The translations under genes were made by a program, and so were the position numbers. A stretch of DNA of 64,000 nucleotides from Candidatus Omnitrophota bacterium (GTDB taxonomy: Bacteria; Omnitrophota; Gorgyraeia; Gygaellales; Profunditerraquicolaceae), in NCBI GenBank assembly GCA_049517335.1, contig JBEKSD010000011.1, positions 9,893 through 73,892 on the forward strand, given 5' to 3'. Positions 30,494 to 38,658 of the stretch are shown here, in pieces. The notes beneath the pieces are model-generated. The model made no database searches. It saw only the letters and a program-made list of their open reading frames with translations, and had not been told where the DNA came from. The stretch's first letter is position 1, and each line of letters starts with the position of its first letter.

Positions 30494-30646
30494 ATGAAAA
30501 AGAAATGTGAAAAGGCAGAATTAACAAATTGTATCAAGGAAAAGGCTAAGGAGTTGTGGGAAAAAGATGGACGCAAGCAAGATCGTGATTTAGATTATTG
30601 GTTACAGGCTGAAAAGATTGTAAAATCTCAGACCACAAAATATTAA
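30494..30646 (+). CDS. DUF2934-like small protein (50 aa, not in the ORF track)
   Basis: MKKK...IKEKAKELWEKDGRKQDRDLDYWLQAE; RBS aaggagggg. Confidence 0.8.
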   Translation: MKKKCEKAELTNCIKEKAKELWEKDGRKQDRDLDYWLQAEKIVKSQTTKY

Positions 30647-30717
30647 AACTAGAGTCAGTCATAATTACTAAAGATTGATTCAGGTCTTACGACGACATCT
30701 AAAATAAGGAGGAATGC

Positions 30718-31218
30718 ATGAAAGCAGCAAGAAATGTGTTTTTCGGGTTAGCAATAGTAGGGGCAATAGTTTTTGTTTCAGGGGTATCATTCGCAGAAAC
30801 CGCAACGTCAACGCCAACGTCAACGCCAGCGGCAGCAGCAAATGATGTATCAGCAGCAAAGCAAGCAAAACATGAAGCTAGAATTAAGCTTCTACAGGAT
30901 TCCGCAGCAGCTCTTCAGACAACAAATCCAGATTTAGCAATGAAATTGACTGATATTGTGAATGGGGCATCAAAAGAGAAGACGGAAAGCAGCAAATTAG
31001 CAAAAGACTCGGCTGAATGGAAAGCAAAGCACGATGCAAGAATACAGCTTTATAAAGACGCAGCAGCAGCCCTTCAAGCGACAAACCCGGATTTAGCAAA
31101 GGGTTTAATGGATATGACAGTGCCAAAGCAGAAGACTGAAATGCAGAAGGCGGCTGAAGAAAAGAACGAGAAAGAAGAATCTGGAGAAAAGGTAGAGCCC
31201 AAGGGAAACAGTAATTAG
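30718..31218 (+). CDS. Secreted protein with two internal repeats
   Basis: Signal peptide; AKH(E/D)ARI.L..D.AAALQ.TNPDLA occurs twice. Confidence 0.8.
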   Translation: MKAARNVFFGLAIVGAIVFVSGVSFAETATSTPTSTPAAAANDVSAAKQAKHEARIKLLQDSAAALQTTNPDLAMKLTDIVNGASKEKTESSKLAKDSAEWKAKHDARIQLYKDAAAALQATNPDLAKGLMDMTVPKQKTEMQKAAEEKNEKEESGEKVEPKGNSN

Positions 31219-31240
31219 TTCGAATCTCTTCAGGGGGGGT

Positions 31241-31300
31241 GAGAGGAGTAGTATTTCGGTGAGTTCGGGCCCCGTCAGGTACCCCAATAATTATCTTCTC
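31241..31300 (+). repeat. Degenerate copy of the type-A repeat
   Basis: GAGAGG...GGTACCCCAATAATTATCTTCTC compared with GAGAGG...GGGACCCCAGTAATATCGTTCTC. Confidence 0.35.
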
Positions 31301-31362
31301 ATTCAGAGAGGTGAGAGCTTAAAGCCCTGATTACTTTGATTAATCAGGGGGAGGTAACTGAA

Positions 31363-32160
31363 ATGAAGGATGTGGTTAAAAGAGTTTACGGTGATATCGC
31401 AAAAAGCAAGAAGAAGAGTTGCTGTGGCCCAAAAAGCTGTGATTCCAGAGGTGCCACAGTATCCGAAAGAATAGGCTATACAAAAGAAGAATTGCAGTCA
31501 ATACCTGACGAAGCTGTCATGGGTTTAGGCTGCGGTAATCCTGTGGCACTTGCGTCCTTAAAAGAAGGTGAAACAGTAGTGGATTTAGGTTCAGGCGCGG
31601 GCATAGACGTATTTCTTGCATCGCGCAGAGTAGGCGATAGTGGCAAAGTCATAGGAATAGATATGACTGAAGAGATGCTTAAACGCGCCAGAGAAAACGT
31701 AAAGAAAGGAGAATTCAGTAATGTCGAGTTTAAGCTTGGTGATATAGAGGCAATGCCGCTTGAGGATAATATCGCCGATTGTGTGATAAGTAACTGCGTG
31801 ATAAATCTCGCGCAGGATAAGCAAAAAGTTTTTAATGAAGCGTTCAGGGTATTGAAGCAAGGCGGCCGGCTGATGGTCTCTGATATGGTTCTTCTAAAAG
31901 ATCTTTCGGAAAAGATTTCAAAATCAGCCGAGATGTATGCGGGCTGTGTTGCCGGAGCATTGAAACGGGATGATTATATCGCCAAGATAAAGAACGCAGG
32001 CTTTAAAGACATATCTATCATAAAAGAAGATCCGGTGCGCTTTCTCGACTATCTCGGCTCAGACAAGGTAGTAAGTAACATAATAGAGAATATGTCGGAA
32101 AAAGAAATAGAAGAGATTAATTCATCCGTTGTCAGTATTAAGATATCGGCGAAAAAATAA
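31363..32160 (+). CDS. arsM: Arsenite methyltransferase
   Basis: N-terminal CC, GLGCGNP, DLGSGAGID, ISNCVINL, GCVAGA. Confidence 0.88.
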   Translation: MKDVVKRVYGDIAKSKKKSCCGPKSCDSRGATVSERIGYTKEELQSIPDEAVMGLGCGNPVALASLKEGETVVDLGSGAGIDVFLASRRVGDSGKVIGIDMTEEMLKRARENVKKGEFSNVEFKLGDIEAMPLEDNIADCVISNCVINLAQDKQKVFNEAFRVLKQGGRLMVSDMVLLKDLSEKISKSAEMYAGCVAGALKRDDYIAKIKNAGFKDISIIKEDPVRFLDYLGSDKVVSNIIENMSEKEIEEINSSVVSIKISAKK

Positions 32161-32172
32161 ATCCATAATAAT

Positions 32173-32541
32173 ATGAAGAAGCGAAAGATCAAAAAAACAT
32201 CGCTGAACAAACGGGCGGTATATTTCTCTAGGAACATGTTGGAATTGAAACCTGATGTAGCGGGAGCACGGATGTGGGGAGTGGCCCTGGATAAGGTATT
32301 ATTGACGTATTTTGAAATGAAGCCAAACTGTAAATTTATCTATCATCGCCATAAAAGCGAACAAATCACTATGGTGCTAAGTGGTGAGTTGTTTTTTAAA
32401 CTCAAAGGACGGACTGTTTGCCTTAAAAAGGGTGAAGTTATCGCTATCCCTTCGAATGTAGCACATGCCGTTTACACAGCACATCTAGGTGTTCGGGCTA
32501 TTGATGCCTGGTCGCCTGTTATGAAGCAATATAAGAAATAA
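32173..32541 (+). CDS. Cupin domain protein
   Basis: HRHKSEQ...G...IPSNVAH. Confidence 0.85.
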   Translation: MKKRKIKKTSLNKRAVYFSRNMLELKPDVAGARMWGVALDKVLLTYFEMKPNCKFIYHRHKSEQITMVLSGELFFKLKGRTVCLKKGEVIAIPSNVAHAVYTAHLGVRAIDAWSPVMKQYKK

Positions 32542-32571
32542 AAACAATCAAAAAGAAGGGTGGTTGTAAAC

Positions 32572-33000
32572 ATGAGAAAGAGCGATCTTGCAGTTTCTAT
32601 GTTTAATGAAGGTTTTAGTTGTTCACAAGCGATTTTTTCCACTTACGGCAAAGAATTAGGTATAGACAGTGGAACCGCTATTAAAATTTCGGCACCTTTC
32701 GGCGGTGGTATGGCGAGGATGGGCGAGACTTGCGGTGCTGTAACAGGCGCATTTATGGTTATTGGACTTAAATACGCAGTAGGTAAAGATTCTAAAGATA
32801 AGGTTTATTCGCTTGTTAAGAAGTTTGTGGATGATTTTAAGGCTCGTAACAAATCTATCGTTTGTAAAGAATTGTTGGGTTATGATATAAGTAAGCCTGA
32901 AGGAATGAAAACCATAAAAGAAAAAGATCTGATTAAAACTCTTTGCCCGAAATTCGTGAAAGACGCTGCGGAAATTCTGGAAAAGCTTCTTTTGACATAG
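32572..33000 (+). CDS. C_GCAxxG_C_C family redox protein
   Basis: CSQA, FGGGMAR.GETCGAVTG, C.ELLG. Confidence 0.9.
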   Translation: MRKSDLAVSMFNEGFSCSQAIFSTYGKELGIDSGTAIKISAPFGGGMARMGETCGAVTGAFMVIGLKYAVGKDSKDKVYSLVKKFVDDFKARNKSIVCKELLGYDISKPEGMKTIKEKDLIKTLCPKFVKDAAEILEKLLLT

Positions 33001-33069
33001 TATTTACCATTAAGAATTAACTGGCATGACTGCCAGTTAATTCTATATTTTACCGCAGGAGGAAAGACT

Positions 33070-33633
33070 ATGGCACAGAAAAAGATCGCTGTTTTTGTAG
33101 GAAGCCTGCGCAAAGAATCATTTAACTGCAAAATGGCCAAGGCGCTAATTAAGGTTTCACCCGAATCGCTCAAGTTAGAGATTATCGAGATCGAAGGACT
33201 ACCTTTATATAATCAGGACTTCGATGATAATCCTCCGGTTTCCTATACGCAATTCCGAGAATCTTTAAGAGAGTTTGACGCGGTTTTGTTTATTACACCC
33301 GAATACAATCGTTCCGTTCCCGCCGTGCTCAAGAACGCTATTGATGTGGGGTCGCGTCCCTATGGGCAAAGCGCGTGGAATGGGAAGCCGGGTGCTGTGA
33401 TGAGCGTCTCGCCTGGCGCTATAGGCGGATTCGGCGCAAATCATCATCTGCGCCAATCGCTGGTTTTCCTTAATGTTCCTACGATGCAACAGCCGGAAGC
33501 GTACATCGGGAATGCCGATAAGCTTTTTGATGAAAAGGGTAATCTTACTAACGATTCTACCCGTGAATTTATCACAAAGTTTATGCAGGCATTTGCAGAA
33601 TGGATTGCGCGCTGCACGTCAAATAAAAAGTAA
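33070..33633 (+). CDS. NADPH-dependent FMN reductase (ChrR-like)
   Basis: VGSLRKESFN, TPEYNRSVPAVLKNAID. Confidence 0.9.
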   Translation: MAQKKIAVFVGSLRKESFNCKMAKALIKVSPESLKLEIIEIEGLPLYNQDFDDNPPVSYTQFRESLREFDAVLFITPEYNRSVPAVLKNAIDVGSRPYGQSAWNGKPGAVMSVSPGAIGGFGANHHLRQSLVFLNVPTMQQPEAYIGNADKLFDEKGNLTNDSTREFITKFMQAFAEWIARCTSNKK

Positions 33634-33678
33634 TTGTGGCCTAAATTAGAGGGTATTCATCTGAGTATATGGCGATTG

Positions 33679-33840
33679 TGGTATAATTGACCTGTGTAAA
33701 TTAAGAGAGGTTTCCCCTCGGCTTATACGAGAGGGACCCCAGTAATATCGTTCTCCTCGCATAACGGGAGAGTTTAAGGCCTATGATCGGAATACCGGTT
33801 ATAGGCCTTTTTATCTAGCGAGTTCCCTAGGAGTTAGGGC
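33679..33840 (+). repeat. Type-A repeat copy 1 (promoter, core hairpin, terminator, tail)
   Basis: TGgTATAAT (33679-33687); core 33705-33744; terminator AAGGCCTATGATCGG-AATA-CCGGTTATAGGCCTT+T; tail ccctaggagttaggg. Confidence 0.9.
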
Positions 33841-34043
33841 ATCGCATTTATTAGCCGTATTTCGATTATATCCGTACCATAAGCTGTTTTAAAAGCCTCT
33901 CTGAATATCGCTGTTTAATCGCCAAAATAGGCCAATTCCTCTCTTATATAATGGTCGCTATATAATGAAAATATCGGCAATATTCGAGGTATTTTAGAGC
34001 TTTAGGAGGCCATTATATACAGGGAGAGAGGGGTTTTCTATCG

Positions 34044-34250
34044 TTACGCGGTAGGGTTTTTAAGCAACTTCTGCCACTTTTCTTTTTGTTTTTCCCAATC
34101 TAACTCGCGGCAGATTTCGCGGAGTTTGTATTCGGGGATAAAGGGAATGTTTGAATTGTCTGAAAACAGAATATCTTCTTGGATGCTTGGTGCAAGCATG
34201 AGCAGATTCATGAGTAGATAGATTTTAACCTGGTTTATATTAAGCCAGCC
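34044..34250 (-). pseudogene. Startless C-terminal remnant of a serine-recombinase-associated HTH tail
   Basis: Translates GWLNINQVKIYLLMNLLMLAPSIQEDIL...EYKLREICRELDWEKQKEKW, resembling the LAPxIQExIL...DWxxQ tail seen with phage-type LSRs. Confidence 0.6.
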
Positions 34251-34262
34251 AGGATGAAATCA

Positions 34263-35129
34263 TTATGATAAATTAAACCTACGAATGATTTTTTTTATCC
34301 TTCTAATAAAAAATACTCGTTCCAAAAAGAGTACTGTTCTATTTGAAATAATCCGAGTGACTGGTATTTTGCCTCCAAACTGATTTTTATCCAAAGCAAA
34401 ATTATTAGGCAAATGATAACACCAAGCATCCGGGGGTATTTTATTTCCACTATCCACCGGAAGAAGAACTCTATGCTCATGTGGATGTTTCCATATCATG
34501 CCAGCAGATGCACGCTCCCTTATTTTCCATTCAGGATGATTGCCATCCGTCCATGCCGGATGATTTATAAATTCCAACATTTGCTTTTTGGTATATATCC
34601 AAAATGCGTGATAAGGGGCTGGAGTCAGGAACCACTTCAAATTCTCTATTGTTTTAAAAATTGGAGTATAAGCTTTTTTACCAAAATCTGAACTCATAAT
34701 TACCCCCTTAGGACTTTTTTCGACTCTTAAAAAGCCTCTGATATATCCTTGCGGATAAATAATAAGGGTGTCTTTATACCATCTTACAATAGCATCCCAT
34801 TGCACTAAAATATCATCTTCAATATACATAAAAAAATCATAGTTCTTTATGTTTTGCAGCATATTGCCACGGTGTTGCCACGTTAGCAGCCATGGATGCT
34901 TTAAGTTTTCATGCACCTGTATCCTGATTTTTAGACCACAAATAAATTCGCTAGGAAGTTTTTTTTCTGTTTCCGAACTATTTGTATCAATCACAATGTC
35001 TATTTCTGAAAATTTATAGGAACGAAAATTATCTAATACCTTAGCCAAGTAGTGAATTCTTTCCTTCACATAATGAAATGCGATATGGACTAGAAGCCTC
35101 CCTGGAATTTCTTGGCAAGAATTAAGCAT
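34263..35129 (-). CDS. Glycosyltransferase-like hypothetical protein
   Basis: YDFFMYIEDD (xDD motif); GT-A-like pattern. Confidence 0.6.
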   Translation of the reverse strand: MLNSCQEIPGRLLVHIAFHYVKERIHYLAKVLDNFRSYKFSEIDIVIDTNSSETEKKLPSEFICGLKIRIQVHENLKHPWLLTWQHRGNMLQNIKNYDFFMYIEDDILVQWDAIVRWYKDTLIIYPQGYIRGFLRVEKSPKGVIMSSDFGKKAYTPIFKTIENLKWFLTPAPYHAFWIYTKKQMLEFINHPAWTDGNHPEWKIRERASAGMIWKHPHEHRVLLPVDSGNKIPPDAWCYHLPNNFALDKNQFGGKIPVTRIISNRTVLFLERVFFIRRIKKIIRRFNLS

Positions 35130-35418
35130 AACCTTCTCTAGCTCCTTCTTTCAACCATATTTGATTCTTCTTAACAGCATAACCTCTAAAGCGTTTAGAA
35201 ATGACGGGGGATGAAATAATTGTATTTCTACGTCGTCTTCTTTATATACGGTTTTCTTAGTATTAAAAGGTAGCCTTTTCACTATTCTAAGCATTAAGTT
35301 TTTATCCATATTGAATATTATACGCTTGAAAGTTAACTTTGCAACTTCGTAATATGTAATGTAAAAAGTAGTCTAAATAATATCCTCATCCTCTCAAGGG
35401 GCTCTCTAGCAGTGTTTG

Positions 35419-35462
35419 GAGAGTTTTCCCCTTACTGGATATTCATGGACGCCCTTATGGGG
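35419..35462 (+). repeat. Type-B repeat copy 2
   Basis: gagagttttccc...atattcatggacgcccttatgggg aligns with 24264-24306. Confidence 0.55.
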
Positions 35463-35549
35463 ATCACCCTATAAATTTTCTCATACTTGAATTGGTGGAT
35501 AAACTAAGATATAATCATATATAATATTTACATAGGTAGGAGGTTAATC

Positions 35550-36206
35550 ATGAAAATTAATTTTGAAAAAGCCGTTTCATATATTGGTACCCTGTATGAG
35601 AACGATGAAGCGTCCAAAATAAATTATATTAAATCGACAGAACTAAAAAACTTCGGAACAGTTGTAGATAGCGACGTTTCAAGAATGATGCAGCTATTAA
35701 TACGTTTGGTACGACCGCAAAGGATCTTATAAATTGGAACAAGTGTAGGTTATTCAACAGTATCTATGGCTAACATTGCTAAAGAATACGGAGGTAAAAT
35801 TACCACGATTGAGTATAATGAACAATCAGCAAAGCAGGCAATAAAGAATTTTGAACGTGCTGGAGTTGCTGAACTTATCGAGGTAAAAATCGGTGACGCA
35901 AAGGAAATCATTCCAACTTTAAAAGAAAGCTTTGACTTAATATTTCAAGATGTCGGAGATAAAATGCTTTATTCTGTATTACTAAATGATTTAGTCACTC
36001 TTCTAAAACCAGGTGGAGTGTTATTGGCTGAAGATTCCCTTTTACCTTGTGCGAACCTCAAAAACTCCGACTTTGATCAAGCAGAATGGAATAGTGCAGT
36101 GAAAGCTCTCGATAAATTCAACAAAATGATTGCTCAATGCCCAGATTTAAAAAGTACATTACTTCCCATTGGTGATGGATTGACTATAGGCATAAAAATA
36201 GGTTAG
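35550..36206 (+). pseudogene. O-methyltransferase (YrrM/CCoAOMT-like) with an in-frame TAA
   Basis: RIL*IGTSVGYS: the stop at 35730-35732 replaces the E of the ILEIGT motif; the frame continues into ORF 35766..36206. Confidence 0.85.
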
Positions 36207-36296
36207 TACAAGGAAGCAGCTTAATTAAACATATTAATTCAAGGAATAGTATCTGAACTAGCCAGCCAATTGAACAGCAGGGTAGTAAATTACCAA

Positions 36297-36630
36297 TGTC
36301 CGGACAAAGATAGGCGGACAACCCTATCTCCTAATTACTCAAAGAGTTACGCGATTTTAAGCCAAAAATGACCGGACAAAACGGACGCATTTTCGAGCTT
36401 TTTTGTCCGTCACCAGGCCAGTAATGTGCCTCTCTAAAGCAGATAATTCTTGCTCTAATAGGGTAAGGGCTATATAATTGGTAGCTAGGAATTAAGAGAG
36501 GTTTCCCCTTGGCTCATACGAGAGGGACCCCAGTAATATCGTTCTCCTCATAGTATTGGATAGTTTAAGGCCTATGATCGCAGTAGCGGTTATAGGCCTT
36601 TTTATCTGGCGATGTCCCTAGGAGTTAGGG
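36297..36630 (+). repeat. Type-A repeat copy 2, full length (CGGACA module, promoter, core, terminator, tail)
   Basis: TTGCTC-17-TATAAT (36450-36478); core 36496-36535; the upstream ~150 bp aligns with 56702-56870. Confidence 0.92.
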
Positions 36631-36704
36631 GGGTTACTTACGAATGTTACAAAAGTTATAAAATAACCATTGCAATTGTTTATAAAATGATATAAAATGT
36701 TATA

Positions 36705-36902
36705 ATGGAATTGATACAGAAGTTAGATATATATCGCTTGGAAAACAGAATCTCCCAACAGTCGTTAGCCGCGAAGTTGGGAGTTTCTTTTGTTACGGTA
36801 AATAGATGGTTTAATAATAAGACCAAGCCGAATAAAATTCAAAGGTATCATATTAATAAATTTCTTAAGAACATTAAAGGAGGGGAGAAGCATGGAAAAT
36901 AA
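36705..36902 (+). CDS. XRE-family HTH regulator, probably leaderless
   Basis: SQQSLAAKLGVSFVTVNRW; TTGCAA-17-TAAAAT ends 6 bp before the ATG. Confidence 0.85.
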   Translation: MELIQKLDIYRLENRISQQSLAAKLGVSFVTVNRWFNNKTKPNKIQRYHINKFLKNIKGGEKHGK

Positions 36903-37158
36903 TGGTTTAGGATATTGGGTGTGGTTTCTCCTTATCGGTGCGGTGATAGGGTGGTTGGCAGGGCTCATCGTCAGAGGCCGGGGGTTTGGGATTATCGGAG
37001 ATATCGTAGTCGGGGTTGTAGGAGCTATGCTTGGTGGATGGATGGGGAGAGTAATAGGAATATATCCCGGCAGTTCAATTGGCGCGTTTTTAATGGCTCT
37101 TGTAGGTGCGGTGCTCTTAGTAGGCCTGACGCGCTTCATTAAACGAATAGCCGCATAA
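36892..37158 (+). CDS. GlsB/YeaQ/YmgE (transglycosylase-associated) membrane protein
   Basis: GWLAGLIVRGRGFGIIGDIVVGVVGAMLGGW. Confidence 0.88.
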   Translation: MENNGLGYWVWFLLIGAVIGWLAGLIVRGRGFGIIGDIVVGVVGAMLGGWMGRVIGIYPGSSIGAFLMALVGAVLLVGLTRFIKRIAA

Positions 37159-37192
37159 GTAGTAAATTATGTCTGTACGCTAGGATAACAAT

Positions 37193-38374
37193 ATGAGACA
37201 AAAGATGTTATGCCGCTTGTTTATATTAGTAACTTGTATTTCGACATTATCAGGGTGCGCCCATCTGCGAAATGCTGTACCGGAAAATCTTGTTGGTACG
37301 GCCGTCGTTGTCGGTATGCCGGATATGCGCTATTATACAGGTAAGCCTGAGTCTCTCTTTATGCGGCAGAGTCTGGCAGATTCGTTTAAAGACGAAGGTA
37401 AATCAGAATATCTGGTTGACGGTATAAAGACCTATCCGGTGCTTATTATCGGAGGGGGTGTATCTAACAGTGCTTACGGCTTAGGACTATTGAAAGGATG
37501 GTTAAAGGAAGGGTCTCGGCCGGCATTTAAAATAGTTACTGGCTATTCGAGCGGATCAATCCTCGCTGTTGCCACGTTTTCAGGAAAAGACTATGAAGAA
37601 CGGCTTGCGGACCTATTCACCTCGATATCTACCAAAGATGTTGTGAAACAGAGGAGCAGTTTTGCCCTTCTATTTGGAGATTCTGTGGTTAGTTCAGTTC
37701 CATTAGCTAAGAAAATCGATGACCTTGTGGATGAAAATTTAATGGTAAGGATCGCACAAGAGCATAGGAAGGGGCGCAGACTATATGTGGGAACCACGGA
37801 TTTTGACGCCCAAGGGTTTGTTATATGGGACATGGGAGCACTTGCTTCCATTGGAGGCCCCGATTCGCTGAAAATGTTCCGCAAAATAATTCTAGCTTCA
37901 TGTTCATTCCCAGCTATGCTTCCTCCGGTCTATTTTCAAGTTGAAGCCGGAGGCAGGCGTTATGATGAGATGCATGTTGATGGAGGGGTCATGGGTGGAG
38001 TTTTTTATATCCATCAGTTAATGGAAGGTGGGGGATTTAAAGAATTCAGAACTCGATTATATATCTTAAATCTGTGTTATATGTCACCGCACTCCAAACA
38101 GGTAGAAGACAACCTGGTGGCGATAACATCACGCCTGATTGAAAGCAATGGAGCGTCAAAAATGATCGGGGATACTTACAGGCTTTACGCTTTCGCTAAA
38201 GAAAAAGGATGGGATTATAATTTAGCCTATATTCCAGAAGATTTTAAGCCTTATCAAAAAGAGATGTTCGATAGGCAGGAGATGCAGAGGCTCTTTAAAC
38301 GCGGATATGACGATGCGGTAGTAGGATATAAGTGGCACAAAGCTCCGCCTGGACTTGTGGCAGATGGTAAATAG
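37193..38374 (+). CDS. Patatin-like phospholipase lipoprotein
   Basis: Lipobox LSGC; GGG, GYSSG, HVDGG. Confidence 0.85.
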   Translation: MRQKMLCRLFILVTCISTLSGCAHLRNAVPENLVGTAVVVGMPDMRYYTGKPESLFMRQSLADSFKDEGKSEYLVDGIKTYPVLIIGGGVSNSAYGLGLLKGWLKEGSRPAFKIVTGYSSGSILAVATFSGKDYEERLADLFTSISTKDVVKQRSSFALLFGDSVVSSVPLAKKIDDLVDENLMVRIAQEHRKGRRLYVGTTDFDAQGFVIWDMGALASIGGPDSLKMFRKIILASCSFPAMLPPVYFQVEAGGRRYDEMHVDGGVMGGVFYIHQLMEGGGFKEFRTRLYILNLCYMSPHSKQVEDNLVAITSRLIESNGASKMIGDTYRLYAFAKEKGWDYNLAYIPEDFKPYQKEMFDRQEMQRLFKRGYDDAVVGYKWHKAPPGLVADGK

Positions 38375-38398
38375 CCCGTTATACGTAATGGAGGATAT

Positions 38399-38593
38399 AT
38401 GAATAAAGGTATGTCGGTTGCGCTTTTAGTTGTAGGAGTTCTCTTGTTAGTTCTTGGGTTAAATGCGTATCACTCGACTAGTTCCGATGTTTCGCGATTT
38501 TTTACGGGTGCGCCTACAGATAAGGCTCTTTGGCTTCTGATTGGTGGAACGATCGCTGGTATAGTAGGGTTTTCAGGTTTAATTAAAAAATAA
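38399..38593 (+). CDS. DUF3185-like membrane protein
   Basis: SDVSRFFTGAPTDKALWLLIGG. Confidence 0.8.
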   Translation: MNKGMSVALLVVGVLLLVLGLNAYHSTSSDVSRFFTGAPTDKALWLLIGGTIAGIVGFSGLIKK

Positions 38594-38658
38594 GATAGTG
38601 TTCGTTTTAAAATATAGCGAGGCTGAATGAAGAACTTAAAAGTTTATTTAAAGCTCGT

